Positions 1-13,150 of a DNA stretch of 64,000 nucleotides are shown piece by piece (position 1 is the stretch's first letter; every line of letters starts with the position of its first letter). The notes under the pieces were generated by a model that had not been told where the DNA came from, did not search any database, and saw nothing but the letters and a program-made list of their open reading frames with translations. The stretch is taken from assembly GCA_013239625.1 (NCBI GenBank), contig MU054220.1, positions 3,349,374 to 3,413,373 on the forward strand, in the 5' to 3' direction. Position numbers and translations under genes: made by a program. This DNA is from Lama guanicoe. Lineage: Eukaryota.

Positions 1-2160
1 AATAATTGCAGAACAAGCATCTGATAAATGGCTTCTTTCTAAAATATGTAAGAACTCTTACAGCTCAAAAATATTAAGACAAGTAACAATTTTTTAAATG
101 GGAAAAATATTTGAACAGACACTTTAACAAAAATACATGGATGGCAAATAATGTATGAAAAGATGCTCAATATCTTTATTCATTAGGAAAATGCAAATTT
201 AAACCACAATGAGATACAACCACACACCTACTAGAATGGCTAAAATTAAAATGACTGATGACACCAAGTGTTGGAAAGGATGTGGAACAATTAGAATTCT
301 CATACATTGCTAGTGGGGACATTAAAAGGTACATTCCCAATGGTACAATATGGAAAACATTCTGGCAGTTCTTTGAAAAGTTAAAAAATGCACCTAACAT
401 ATAACCCAGACATTCCATTTCTAAGTATTTACTGAAGAAAAGTAAAAGCATATATCCACACAAAGACTTGTACACAAATGTTTGCAGCAGCTTTATTTTA
501 ATGGCCCCTAACTGGAAACAACCTAAATGATAGCTAACAGAAGAAAGGATAAACCAATTCTAGTCTAGCCATAAAATGGAAAACTGCTCAGTAATGAAAA
601 AGGAATGAACTAGGATACACCCACCCACATGGATGGATCTCAGAATAACTATGCTGGGTGAAAGAAGCCAGATGAAAAAAGAAAAAGAATGCATATTATC
701 TGACATACATTTCAAAAATTTTCTCCTAGAAGAAATAAAAGCGAGAATAAACAAATGGGACCTAATGAAACTTACAAGCTTCTGCAGAGCAAAGGAAACC
801 AGAAATAAAACAAGAAGAAAACCTACGGAATGGGAGAAAATTTTTGCAATGGAAGAAACCGACAAAGGCTTGATCTCCAAAATATATAAGCAGCTCATAC
901 GACTCAATAAGAAAAAAATAAACAACCCAATCCAAAAATGGGCAGAAGACTTAAACAAACAATTCTCCAAGGAAGACATACAAATGATCAAAAAGCACAT
1001 GAAAAAATGTTCAATATCACTAATTATCAGAGAAATGCAAATCAAAACTACAATGAGGTATCACCTCACACCAGTCAGAATGGCCGTCATTCAAAAATCC
1101 AAAAATGACAAATGCTGGAGAGGCTGTGGAGAAAGGGGAACCCTCCTACACTGCTGGTGGGAATGCAGTTTGGTGCAGCCACTATGGAAAACAGTGTGGA
1201 GATTCCTCAAAAGACTAGGAATAGACTTACCGTATGACCCAGGAATCCCACTCCTGGGCTTGTATCCAGAAGGAAATCTACTTCAGGATGACACCTGCAC
1301 CCCAATGTTCATAGCAGCACTATTTACAATAGCCAAAACATGGAAACAGCCTAAATGTCCATCAACAGGTGACTGGATAAAGAAGAGGTGGTATATTTAT
1401 ACAATGGAATACTACTCAGCCATAAAAACCGACAACATAATGCCATTTGCAGCAACATGGATGCTCCTAGAGAATGTCATTCTAAGTGAAGTAAGCCAGA
1501 AAGAGAAAGAAAAATACCATATGAGATCGCTCATATGTGGAATCTAAAAAACAAAAACAAACAAACAAACAAAAACAAAGCATAAATACAGGACAGAAAT
1601 AGACTCATGGACAGAGAATACAGACTTGTGGTTACCGGGGGGGTAGAGGGTGGGAAGGGATAGACTGGGATTTCAAAATTGTAGAATAGATAAACAAGAT
1701 TACACTGTATAGCACAGGGAAATATACACAAAATGTTATGATAAATCACAGAGAAAAAAATGTGACAATGAGTGTGTATATGTCCATGAATGACTGAAAG
1801 ATTGTGCTGAACACTGGAATTTGACACAACATTGTAAAATGATTATAAATCAATAAAAAATGTTAAAAAAAAAAGAAAAAGAATGCATAGCTCATAATTT
1901 CAGTTACAGAAAATTCTAGAAAACTCAAACTAATCAATTGTGACAGAAATCAGGTCAGTAATTGTTGCCGGGAACCAGGGATGGGGAAAGGCAGGATGGA
2001 GAGATTACAAAGGGGCCTGAGGGAACTTTTGGAGTTGATGGATATGTTCATAATCTTGACTGTAGTGATGATTTCATGAGTGTGCACATATGTCAAAAGT
2101 TTTTAAGCTGTACATTTTAAAATGTTGATTATAGGTTGCTTACATAAAGCTTAAAAAAGA
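1..2160 (+). mobile_element. Old L1 (L1M-type) ORF2 3' end and 3' UTR, interrupted at 696-1868 by a younger L1
   Basis: Degenerate L1 ORF2-end sequence in 1-695. The old 3' UTR resumes at 1890 (ttctagaaaactcaaactaatc...gtgacagaaatcagg). Confidence 0.8.
696..1868 (+). mobile_element. Young 5'-truncated L1 with uninterrupted ORF2 C-terminus, 3' UTR and A-tail
   Basis: Open frame to the stop at 1547 includes the CCHC-type motif [18 protein letters not shown] and ends SLICGI. AATAAA at 1852-1857, A-tail, flanking repeat AAAAAAGAAAAAGAATGCATA at 675-695 and 1869-1889. Confidence 0.93.
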
Positions 2161-2764
2161 ACCCACTGCTGAGCTTCATCAAATATTAACGTTTGCCACA
2201 TGTATTTGTTTCAGATTTTTCCCTCATCTGTATGCCTCCCAAGTCTATTTCCCTCCATCTCCCAGATGTAAGCACTAGGAAATGGAATTTGGTTATTTAT
2301 CATCCTCCTGCGTGACTTTCTATTTTACTACATGTCTTTGTCTATAAACATCATATAACATTGTTTTGCATTAACTTTCTTTTGTCGTGAAAAAAAGGAA
2401 ATTTTGTTTTTATCATGAAAATTTCAGTCTAATGAGTTTTGCACTGTTCATCAGAGGGAAAAAATTGAAAATTAAAGCATTTTCAGATTCTATAGTTTTT
2501 TGAAGCTTTGAACTTCTTAGCTTGCCTGAAATGCTGTGAGAATTAGATGGGGAAACTTTTGGGAGGCATTTTATAGGATCCTTAATCAAATTCATTTCAC
2601 TATCTGCCTAAATTTTTACGAGGGTTCCAAGCATCTTTTAACTATAATCACCTGCACCTCAATGCTGCAGATTGGTCAATCTCCTTTTTGCATCAAAGGC
2701 AAGCGAACACTAGCTTTCTTTGTTCAACATTATATTTATGAATAAATTATTTAACTTTAGCAAA

Positions 2765-2880
2765 ATGTTGGGGCAAGTATTATTATTACCATTTTACAGA
2801 TGGGAAAACTAAGATTCACCATGATTAGGTGAGTTGCCCAAGGTGAGTGAGGAAGGCGAGACTGAACCAGGTCTGACTCA
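2765..2880. mobile_element. MIR SINE fragment
   Basis: MIR core-like ccattttacagatgggaaaactaag...ttgcccaaggt. Confidence 0.6.
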
Positions 2881-2947
2881 AATCAGTCAGAGCTTCAAAA
2901 AATGACCACAGCTTCTCTAAAGGGCGGGGAGTTTGCCCTCTAGGCTC

Positions 2948-3275
2948 CAGTTTCATGTGTACAACAAAGTGATTCAGTTATGCATACACATGCATATATA
3001 CATATATATTCAGGTTCTTTTCCATTATATGTTATTACAAGAAATTGGATATAGTTCCCTGTGCTATACAGTAGGTCCTTGTTGTTTATCTATTTTATAT
3101 ATAGTAGTGTGTATCTGTTAATCCCAAACCCTAATTTATCCCTCCCTGCTCCCTTTCCTTTTTGGTAATCATAAGTTTATTTTCTACATCCGTGAGTCTA
3201 TTTCTGGTTTGTAAATAAAGCTAGAAATTGATACCTGTTTTTTTTTTTTTGATTCCACACATCAGTGATATATTT
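2948..3275 (-). mobile_element. L1 3' UTR fragment (artiodactyl-type)
   Basis: Reverse complement resembles the L1 3' UTRs at 27070-27380 and 29820-30170 (tatagttccctgtgctatacagtagg). Confidence 0.8.
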
Positions 3276-4094
3276 TTCCCCATCCAAGTTCACAGATTCC
3301 TTGAATTCCCTGCATGAATGTGTTAGGGGTCTGTGGGCCCCAGAATAAGAGTCCCCGAGAGCAGAACCAGGGAGCAGAGGCGCTTGGAAACAGCTGGTTT
3401 TGCAGGCAGACAGAAAGCTGGTCCCAAAAAGGCCCCAGTTTCATGTTCAGGACAATCATCTCTCCATTTCCCTCGTCAAGAGCTACAGCGGGGCCTCATG
3501 CACTGCTTAACATTCCGAGGAACTTCAAAAACAGATGCCTGGAAAGAATAACTCTTAACTCTTAGATTTAGGGCAGAGCATGATATCAAAGGCCTAAGCA
3601 AAACTTTGCAAATTGCCAATTTTCAGTGATCTGGCCTAATTCTGTGGGGCATTTGTTACAGACACATTTTTTTTCCAAAGAAAATTATTTTATGGCTTAA
3701 TGTGAAAGTAACCACCCAGCCCACTCCCTCCTGCTTCCACCAAAGCCCCTGGCAGGGCCCCTCCTGTTCCTGGCCTCAAAGAATGCCTTGCAGTTGGCAG
3801 GGAGCCCACGGGGTCTGCTTTAAACAGATCAGGCGCTGTGTTTTGTCATTTATGAGGCTTTCAGTCTCCCTGCAGCTCAATTAACTGCTGACAATTCCTT
3901 CCAGTGTGCCAGGGCCCAAGGCCCTCTTCTCTCTGCCTCATTATTTTATACATTTTGAAATGCTGGCTTTTTAAGTTAAAGTTCAATTTTACTGCTTTTT
4001 TTTTTTTTTTTTTTTTTATTTTGGTAGGGGAGAGAGAAGCATACTTGCTCTTGGTAGGAAAACTGGAAAATACAGATAAGAAAAAAAAAATCCT

Positions 4095-4510
4095 CCAATG
4101 TGGTTGTAACAATTTCTATCCCATCAACAGTATGTGGGAATTTTAGTTCCACATTTTGGTCAGCATTTGGTGTTCTCTGTCATTTTTATATTCGCCATTA
4201 TGTTCACGTTTCCATGTCACGTGTTTACTGGTCATTTGGCATCCTCTTTTTTAAATGTCTAGTCAAATCTCTCACATTTTTCTATTGTGTTGTATTCCTT
4301 TTTCTTATTGATTTGCAAGAATTTGTTATAAATCCTGGATGTGCAACAATATAATAATATTCCATTGTCAGGTATATGAATTGCAAATATCTTCCCAAAG
4401 TGCATTTTGCCTTTTCATTCTCTGAACAGTGTCTTGTAATGAACAAAAGATCTCAATTGAAATAATGTCCAGTTTATTCTTTTTTCCTTTGTGACTGTTG
4501 CTGCTGTTAA
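4095..4510 (-). mobile_element. Old L1 fragment
   Basis: Antisense L1 ORF2-end motifs (ttgcaaatatcttccc, ttttcattctctgaacagtgtc). Confidence 0.6.
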
Positions 4511-4522
4511 GAATTTTTAAGT

Positions 4523-4706
4523 AAGAATTTGGGCAGCTTCACTGAAATTAAGATGCAGTGATGCAGTGTTTGGTCTGCTGGGCCTGTCCTGTGTAGGACT
4601 TAAAAGAATTTGGGCAGCCTCACTGAAATTAAGATGCAGTGATGCAGTGATGCAGTGATGCAGTGATGCAGTGTTTGGTCTGCTGGGCCTGTCCTGTGTA
4701 GGACTT
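4523..4706. repeat. Tandem duplication (79 bp + 103 bp) containing a GATGCAGT octamer array
   Basis: Copy 1 at 4523-4601 has 2 octamers and copy 2 at 4604-4706 has 5. The copies otherwise differ by one substitution. Confidence 0.95.
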
Positions 4707-4755
4707 GGGTACACGGGAGAGGTCCGTGTGTTGCTAGGGAAGCACGGTGTTGGAG

Positions 4756-4999
4756 CAGCACTGCCCGATAAAAATATAACGCAAGCCACCTGGGAAATTT
4801 ACATTTTTCTAGCAGCCACATTTAAGAAGAGTAAAAAAGCAAACAAAATTCACTTTGTATTGGTGGACAGTTTTAATCCAATACATTCTGGAACCCAGGT
4901 CATTTCAACATTTAATAATTTTCCCTGCTTTTTCAGTTTCAATTTGAGTCACACTAGCTACGTGCTTGGTAGCCATGCCTAGTGGCTGTCACAGTGGAC
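4756..4999. mobile_element. MER33-like hAT-Charlie DNA transposon relic
   Basis: aatataacgcaagccac...tttctagcagccacatttaa...gtgcttggtagcca...agtggct resembles the recalled MER33 consensus. Confidence 0.6.
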
Positions 5000-5227
5000 T
5001 ACATGGGTTAAGAGGTTGACAATGAGCTCTGGAGGCAAATGACCGAGGTTCCAATGTGACTCTGTCACTTAATACCAACAGCTGATATCTATGAATTGCT
5101 TCCTCCATGTGAGGCTCTGTCCATAAGAACTAAAGATCCTGAGTACTTAAGACACTCCAGTTCTGCACACACATCATCTCATTTATTCCTCCCTAAACTT
5201 TATGAGGGAGGAGATATTCTTACCACC

Positions 5228-5694
5228 TGAGGTGGTTAATTTTATGTGCAAGCTTAGGTGGACTTTAATGCCCAGCTGCTTGGTCCAACACCATTGTAGG
5301 TGTTGCTGGGAAGGGATTTTCTTTTTAGATATGATTGATATTTAAATCAGTAGTCTGATTAAAGCAGATTACCCCCCATAATGTGGGTGGTCTTCATGTA
5401 ATCAGATGGTCTTAAGAGAACAGACTGAGGTCTCCCAAAGAGGAGGGAATTCTGACTCCAGAGTGACTTTTGACTTAAGACTTAAAACATCGACTCCTGC
5501 TGGAATTTCCAGCCTGCCAGCTGGCCCTGCAAATTTTGCATTTTTCAGCCCCACAATCACATGAGCCAACTCCTTAAAATTAAATCTCTCTCTCTCCACG
5601 TATATGTATATGTATCGGTACACACACATATATAATACATATAGAAGGTACGTATCCTGTTGGTTCGGTTTCTCTGGAGAACCCTGACGAATAC
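5228..5694 (+). mobile_element. MLT2-type ERVL solo LTR
   Basis: Starts tgaggtggttaattttatgtg, contains aaagcagattaccccccataatgtgggtgg, ends ctctggagaaccctgacgaatac. Confidence 0.85.
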
Positions 5695-7689
5695 CCCACG
5701 TCTCCTGATCCCCTTCAGTGGGAAGCCTGGCTCCAGACCCCGTACTTGTAACCCCTCTGCCTCTTCCAGTCATTTGGAAAACTCTTTAACTTCTGTAGGT
5801 CTCAAATGTTTTCACTGGCAAACTAAGACGAATTATGGTACCTACCCTGTAGGGTTGTTATGAAGACAATTCAAGACAATAGAAAGTACCCGGAGTGTAG
5901 TAAGTGCTCAATAAAAATTACTGTTGTTTATTGCTGTCTTCCATCTTAAAATGCTCTGAGCAGAATTTATTGCTGGTTGCACTGTAGACACGGAAGAATT
6001 AAAAGTTTAGAAAAGTACATTATATTAGACTTACCGATGATCTTTATCACAGGCACTTTGAGAATAAACTTTTGCTCTGCTCAGTCAGTACAAAGCACCA
6101 TTTTTCAGGGATTCAGGCACCGTGTGCCCAGCACTTGCATTCCATTGTCTATTGAAATCGTCATATTAACCCTACTCAGGAGAAGTCACTGCGGTTTCCC
6201 AGTTTACAGATGAGAAATGGAGGCTCTGAGTGACTCAGAAACTCACTCGGCTTCTAAGTGACAATCCCTCAGGGAAATAATTTCCCTCTACCTTCATATA
6301 TCAAGCCATCAGGTTATTTGTTTTCTTTAATAATCCTTTCCAAAGCGGTACATAAGTGAATTGAAATTAACATCAACTCCTTGTGGGGAAATTGAAAATC
6401 TAATCATTTCCCCCTTCTCTCTCATTTTCATCCGCTGCTGGGAGCATGCGTTAGTCATTCAGCTTTGAAACTGTCATGTGATCTTATAATTTTTTCCCTT
6501 GCAATTTTGTGCAGGTAATCCTAAAGAGGATTTTTCATATTATTGTGTATAATGGAAATTGAATGTCGCTTGTAGAAGAAATGAATTGTTAATACCTGAG
6601 ACAGCCTTGTGTTCCTTGCAACTATTTGTTGTTAAACGAAAAGAGACTTCAGAATGTCAATACATTTCACTTTGTTTGTTTTGCCCCCTTTTTCATTCTT
6701 GTATTCTTCCCATACATTTCAGATTGCTGTAATCCACAGATTAACTTTAAGGTATTTCTTTGAGTTATGTTCATAAATGGCAGGTTTTATAGAAAGATTA
6801 TTTTTGCGCGTTTTAATACATTTTTCTCCTTCAGTCTCCTCTCTTTGATGTCAAGGTTTGTCTAAATCCAGTTTAATATGACTTTTCATTTGTGAGGCTT
6901 AACATAGAAACCATTGTCAGGCTGAACCAAGCCTCCTTCTGTTTTTCAGTGATTATCTTTTGCTGTCAAAACGAACCAAGCCCTCTAGGCCTAGGATTTG
7001 TTAAAAAAAAAAAAAAAGTCTAACAAATAGAAATCAAAGCTTAGAGGATGAGCCCAGATGGTATCTTAGTGCTCCTTTATCTTTGTACCCACACTTCTGT
7101 GAAGCGCTTTCCGTAGGCTGGTTATGCTGCCAATCGAAGGCAGAGTGTATTCTTGAGTGGAGATTCTATGATGTTTATTCTGAAGTTGAATGTTGCAATA
7201 GTTTTTATTGCACGGTCCTCAACCTCTGAGCCTGGTACATTTATGTACATGGTTTTTGCCCAGCAGAGTTACATTAGGTTGTTTTAAATAATTTAGACTC
7301 TAATTTATGTTGGAACATACATATTCATAACTGACCGCTTACACCTGTATTTCAAAGAGAGTGATGGATGGAATGACCTGGGGCATCATTAAGTGGCACG
7401 CTCCCCTGAGACAGCATCCCTCTTCCTCTTCGTGACCTCTTCCCTTCCTCTCATTTTTACCAGCAAATCTCGGCTCTATCTCTGGGAGCTAAACAGAAGA
7501 CAGCAGCAGAACTGCAGAGAGCGTGCTTGGAAGAGTCGGAGTTGATTATGCTCAAATTACAATCCATGCATATTTATTAAGCTCCTGCTACGTGGAATGC
7601 TTTGTTCTAATCCTGTGTTTGAAGATCAGCACAGTCCTCTTAAATGTCTGTCCCCAAGGTGTAATTTACTACTGCTTTTCTTGGGGTTA

Positions 7690-8620
7690 GTTAAGCAACG
7701 TACATCAAAGCCACAAAAACGTGTATATCCTTTGATCAAGAAACTCCATCTTTAGAAATGTAACTTATGTGAGTAAATGAGGATGTGGGTAAATACTTAG
7801 CCAGAAGGATGTTCATCACAGTTGTTTCGAATAATGAAAATTGAAAAACAACCTAAATATTCAATAGTAAGGGATTGGTCATTAAGGTAACTGTATTTTC
7901 TGTTAAAACACACACAGAGACCAGACTTGAAAAAAATCCCTGAGCAGACAAAAGCAGTTTAGTCAGACAAGCAAGGCTTAATTTAGCTTATTTTGCAAGA
8001 CAAATGAAGCTAATTTGACCTGGGTCACTTCTTGCTTATGCGTCTGAAAATCAAATCAAAACTTAAATTGTTTCCCCAAATTGAAATGAGGTAACCATTA
8101 ATCAATTCCCTTTCATTTAAGAAAAATTCTAATATTGTAACCCATCACTGTGAAGACTAAACATTCACTGTCTCCACACTAGATGAGTTGCTTTGTAGCA
8201 ATATACCACTGAGCCTCATCCCACATTTTGGTTTGATGCTTCTGGTTTGCAAACTGTCTGATGTGTGCACAACACACTTTTCTTAATCACTATTTCAATG
8301 ATCCATTTGTTTTCCTTCTATTTTTTCTAAACTTCTGACAGCTCACACAATGGAATATTATATAGCCACGAAGAAGGAAACTGTAGATGGTTGATAGGAA
8401 AGGATGTTGATTACCTACTGCCACAGGAAGAAAGAAAAGGTTACAGTGGGGATACAGTGTGTGGTTCAATTTTTGTCAGTGAATAAATGAATTCATGTTC
8501 ATAGAGAAAAGGCCAGATGGACATTAAGTGTAAAGAGTGGTTCTCGTTGGGTGGTAGGATCATAAATGCATTTTTATTTTCTTGCTTTTGCTTTGCTTAT
8601 CTGAATTTTCTAACTGTTCT
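7690..8620 (+). mobile_element. Old L1 3' fragment interrupted by an LTR-like insert
   Basis: ggatgttcatcacag...acaacctaaatattcaatagtaagggattgg, resuming at cacacaatggaatattatatagcc (~8344). Confidence 0.6.
7901..8340. mobile_element. Probable ERV-type solo LTR (family unassigned)
   Basis: 440-bp insert bounded TG...CA that splits an L1 fragment. Confidence 0.5.
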
Positions 8621-9189
8621 CTAGGTGTTACTTTTGACACCAGAAAATCCTCTAAAAGTTACTTTTAATGGAAAATAAATTAGAGAGCCCATCCGTGAGG
8701 TTACAGGGCAGCCATCTGTGTAGGAAGGATGTACACTGTAGGCAGTCAGATGTCCTGTCTGTCCTCTACTGTCACTTCTGTCCTCCCTTATCTGCCCCTT
8801 CCTGCCCTTCCCAAGGCTTGATTTCTTGGCTTCAGAAAGCCACACCTTCCTTCTTGATCACTGCAAATTACAGAACAGCCAGCTTGATCCTGGGTCAGAC
8901 AGATCTGAGTTTGCTTCTCCTCATGCAACAAGAAGTCTAGCATTTTGGTGTCTGACTCTGCCCTCCTGGACCTCGTCTTCAGAAACCTCCTCTAGGCAGA
9001 ATCCAAAATGAAACACAATCCATGAACCTGAGGACCTCTAGGCCTACAGGGACACAGACTCTGGAATATGAGATCATGGCTCTGTCACCGACAGGGACAC
9101 ATGACTTTGGGCCTGACCACAGGGCTTGCTCTGGTCAATGGACATGATGTGACACTAATGGACATGATGTGACATGACATGATTGTGAC

Positions 9190-9530
9190 CTTGAACTGGG
9201 CTGGCACATTGGGCCTGCCTTCTTATGCTCCACTGATTGCCACAAGACGACATGCCCCAAGTAGCCATCGCCCCTTCGCTTGGGTACCAGGGTGAGACAT
9301 GGCGTGTAGACAACCCACCCTAAGTAGCCACTGGCCCAAGGAAGATGAAAGACAGATGGCGCAGATCTGAACTCAACCTGCAACCTAAACAAACTGGAAC
9401 CAGGGGTCCAGCTCAGCTCAGTCATGTTGGCCTGCTGACCATGAGCATGAGAATAATGGATTTTAGTTTTAAGTCACTGAGTTTGGGGATGGTTGTTATG
9501 CAGCATTGTTGTAGGAACAGCTGACTGACA
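9190..9530 (+). mobile_element. Old MLT1 (MaLR) LTR fragment
   Basis: 3' end ttttaagtcactgagtttggggatggttgttatgcagc...gctgactgaca is typical of MLT1. Confidence 0.65.
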
Positions 9531-9779
9531 GTTTCCTCTCCTCTTCCTTTCTTCTTTCCTTCCAAAAATATTTGAGCAGTGACAATGTGCCAGGACCTGT
9601 GCTAGGGGCTGGAGATGCTGTAACAGTGTATAGACCATCTGATTTACACAACAGCCCTGCGTAATAGATCTTATCACTGTCATCGCTTTTCTACAGATGT
9701 GGAAACGCTGCACAGAGAGGTTCAGTCACCAGTGTGAGGCCACAGAGCCAGCAAATGGCACAGCTGGGATCCACAGGCC

Positions 9780-10562
9780 CTTCTATTATCTCCATAGTTT
9801 TGCCTTTTCTAGAATGTCATGTAGTTGAAATAATGCAGTATTTAGCCTTTTCAGATTCGCTCCTTTCACTTAGTCGTATGTATGTGAGTTTCCTTTGTGT
9901 ATTTTCATGGCTTATTAGCGCACCTCTTTTTACTGCTCAGTGACATTCCATTGTCTGGATGGACCACAGCCTGTTAATCCATTTACCTATTGAAAGACAT
10001 CTTGGTCATTCAAGATTTGGCAAATATGAATAAGGTTATTATAAACATCTGTGTGCAGGTTTGGTGTGGACATACGTTTTCAGCTCATTTGGATAAATAC
10101 CAAGGAGTGTGATTGCTGGACGGTATGGCAAAAGTATGTTTGGTTGTGTTAGAAACTGCCAAACAGTCTTCCAAAGTGGCCTTTTGCATTCCCACCCGCA
10201 ATGTACGTGAGTTCCTGTGGCCCCACACCCTGACCAGCATCTGGTGGTGTCAGTGCTTTGGATTTCAGACTCTCTAGAATGTAAACAGTGGTACCTGATT
10301 GTTGTTTTAATTCGCAGTTCCCTGATGACTCATGATGCTGAGCATCTTTTCATATGCTTACCTGCCGTGTATCTATCTTCTCTGGTGAGGTGTCTGTCCA
10401 GATCTTTTGCTCATTTTTGCACTGAACTCCTTTAGCTGTTTATTTTCTTATTGTTGAATTTTAAGAGTCTTTGCCTATTTTGGATATCAGTTCCTCCATC
10501 AGACATATTTTGCAAATATTTTCTCCCAGTCTGTGGCCTGTCTTTTCATTCTCTTAACAGTG
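9780..10562 (-). mobile_element. L1 (L1MB/MC-type) 3' fragment
   Basis: Antisense L1 3' UTR and ORF2 end (agaaactgccaaacagtcttccaaagtggc, gttttaattcgcagttccctgatgac). Confidence 0.8.
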
Positions 10563-10579
10563 AAATTCAAATTTTAGTA

Positions 10580-10741
10580 TCCCTCAAAAGTTTTATTGCA
10601 ACATGGACATGCTTATTTGTTTACCTGTTGTCTGTGGCTAATCTCTCTCTGTGTCTGCACTGTTGTGACAGAGCCCAACAGCCCGCAAAGCCTAAAATAT
10701 TTACTAGCTGCCCCTTTACAGAAAAGCTGGTTGACCTCTGA
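10580..10741 (+). mobile_element. MER58A-like DNA transposon fragment
   Basis: gcccgcaaagcctaaaatatttact...ccctttacagaaaa...tgacctctg. Confidence 0.75.
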
Positions 10742-12292
10742 TTTATGGCATCATCTCCACTTCCTCCTTAGTGAGCTCGTCATTCCCAGGAAAGCAATTC
10801 TCATGAGCAACCATGACTGACCACAAACTCCCTTCTGGAATGGCTGAGTTGAAATGTGTGATTCTCTTCTGCTCAACTGGCCACTTTTTGTTTCCTTCTT
10901 TCTTTTGTACAATTACTCTCTCATGGTTTTGTTCTGATGCCAGAAGGCCTTGCTCAAGGCCGTTCTGAATGGAGACAGCACTGCTGGGGCAGCTGCAGCT
11001 ATCTTGCCTTTGGGGTTATGGATCTGGTCTCTTTCCTCCATGTGGGTCCAACCAGTGCCTCTCACTTTCCCACCGACCACTTATACCCACGACTTTCCTG
11101 TGCAGGGAGTTGATGGCCCCCTAGAGGTGAATCCTTGTTACTACAGGGACATCAACTCTGCAGGCAGGAACTCTTGCCAGCTCACCTCCGGAGGGGATTC
11201 CCAGTCTCCACCTTCCCGCCCGCCCCATGGGCTCACTTTTGTGTTTGCGATTGAATCTCCCTCCAAAGTTTCGAGAATCTCATTTGCAGAATTCTCTCAT
11301 CCCCTTTTCTCCTCCCAACAGCAGTAATCAATTCCAGCACGGGGGTGTCAAATCATTGAAACAAACTCCGTCTCATTTGCATTTTTCAATTTCCACATGG
11401 CTGCCAGTCTGATTTTTTCCCCTCCATATTTCTTGCCTTTTGATTTTTTTTTCATGCCTTTAACATTTGGTCTTATTTTTTTTCCCTTTTCCAATCAACG
11501 AAAAGAATGTAAATCTAGAAAAATGTGGGCAGATGTATGCTCTTTTTCTTGCTACGTTTCTACTCTTTAACTATAATAGTATGACAACAAATAAAGAGAA
11601 ACAGAGAGACTTACACATTCTGTCTGATCTCTCCTCTCCTGACAGTTGTTTTTGATGACTTGGCATCTGATATATATATTTTTCCCAATTTACATCTTCT
11701 GCCTCCTACAGAATATGGGAGCTCAGGAGGGCCATAGGCCTGCCTGGTTCCTTGGGGTCAACAAAAATAACAATTATATTTTATTGAGCACCTAGTATGT
11801 GCCAGCACTTTGCTAAATGCCTTTACATTTAGAGGCACTGAAAAGAAGACAAGCTACTCTGCTCTCTCCCCTGCCCTGCCCTGCCCTGCCTTCCCTTACC
11901 ATAGCTGGAATGGGTGATTGATAAGCCTAGATTCTGAAATCTCATGGACTGAGTTCAGATCCTGGCTTTGCCACCCACAAGCCATGTCACTTTGGGCAGA
12001 TCCCCTCACTTTTCTGAACCTCAAATTTCCCCATCTGTAAAATGAGGACTGGTAATGACACCTTTCTCATAGCGCTGTTCTGAGGATGGCATCCATTAAT
12101 ATTGGTAGAGCTCTGAACTGTGCATAGCAGGTGGTGAGCATCCTGGGAGGGCAGGGATTAGGAAGTAGCTGCAGTGGGCAAGCCTGTGCTAACCTGCTGG
12201 TGGTAAGTGCTACTCCATCCCTCTGCTCCCTGCCTGACCTGCTGGGGACCAGGCATCCTAGTGAGAGGGGAGGGGGTCTGCCAGTTAAAACC

Positions 12293-12293
<1 letters not shown>

Positions 12294-12329
<36 letters not shown>
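12294..12329. repeat. (AC)18 microsatellite
   Basis: Perfect AC run read directly. Confidence 0.95.
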
Positions 12330-12331
<2 letters not shown>

Positions 12332-12860
12332 AGACCTCTTTTATAAGAAGTGCATTTGGATTAGTTCCTAAGTGTCACCTTTTCTGTAAAACTTGTCTGA
12401 TCATCCCAGGAACTACCCATAGGTTTAAGCCAAATATGAGGGTACCACCCTTGGTCCCCGCTTCCTCTGCATCCCACTCCCACCCAATCAGCCCAGCAGC
12501 GAGTCCCCCAGCACGTATCCAGAATCTGTCCACATCTCACCATCTTCATCCTCTGAGTTCAAGCCATTACCGTCACTCACTTGTGTTCTTGCAGTTACTG
12601 CCTTTCTGGTCTCCCATGTTCGTGACGTCTTATAATCAACTTGGAAATCATTTCTTTCTGGAGAAGAGTGCCATGACGGAAGGAAGTCTTTTCTCCCTGC
12701 TCCTTACTTCCTGTCTTGAATGTAGACTGTGATTCATGGAGCTGAGGCTGCCACCTTGTGACCAGGAGGAAAGGTTAAGAGAACTGCAGGGAGGTACACC
12801 CAGAGCCCTGTCATTTTGAACTTCTTATGTGAGATAATTAAATATCTTTCTTGGGGAAGT

Positions 12861-13150
12861 CAGGGGTTGGCAAACATTTTCTCCAAATGGCCAGAGACTT
12901 TTCAGCTTTCCAAGCCAACTTCTCATCACTGCTCTTGTAGCACAAAAGGAGCCATGGACAATACAGAAAAGAATGAGCATGGCTGGGTTCCAAGAGACCC
13001 AGACTTACAGACACTGAAATTTGAATTTCATACATTTTTCACATGTCACGAAATATTTCTTTTGATTTTTTTTCAGCCATTTAAACTGTAAAAATCGTTT
13101 TACCTTATGGGCTATATGAAAAAAAGAAGCAAGCCAGATTTGGCTCCTTG
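12861..13150 (-). mobile_element. MER58B-like DNA transposon
   Basis: caggggttggcaaacattttct...cactgaaatttgaatttcata...cacatgtcacgaaatatt...gccagatttggc. Confidence 0.75.

Noticed and set aside
633..1547. Host protein-coding gene of 304 aa
   Set aside because: It is a truncated L1 ORF2 C-terminus lacking endonuclease and RT domains, fused by chance to host-L1 sequence.
9137..9190. Short GACATGATGTGAC tandem repeats
   Set aside because: Two to three short units, ordinary slippage next to an MLT1 fragment.
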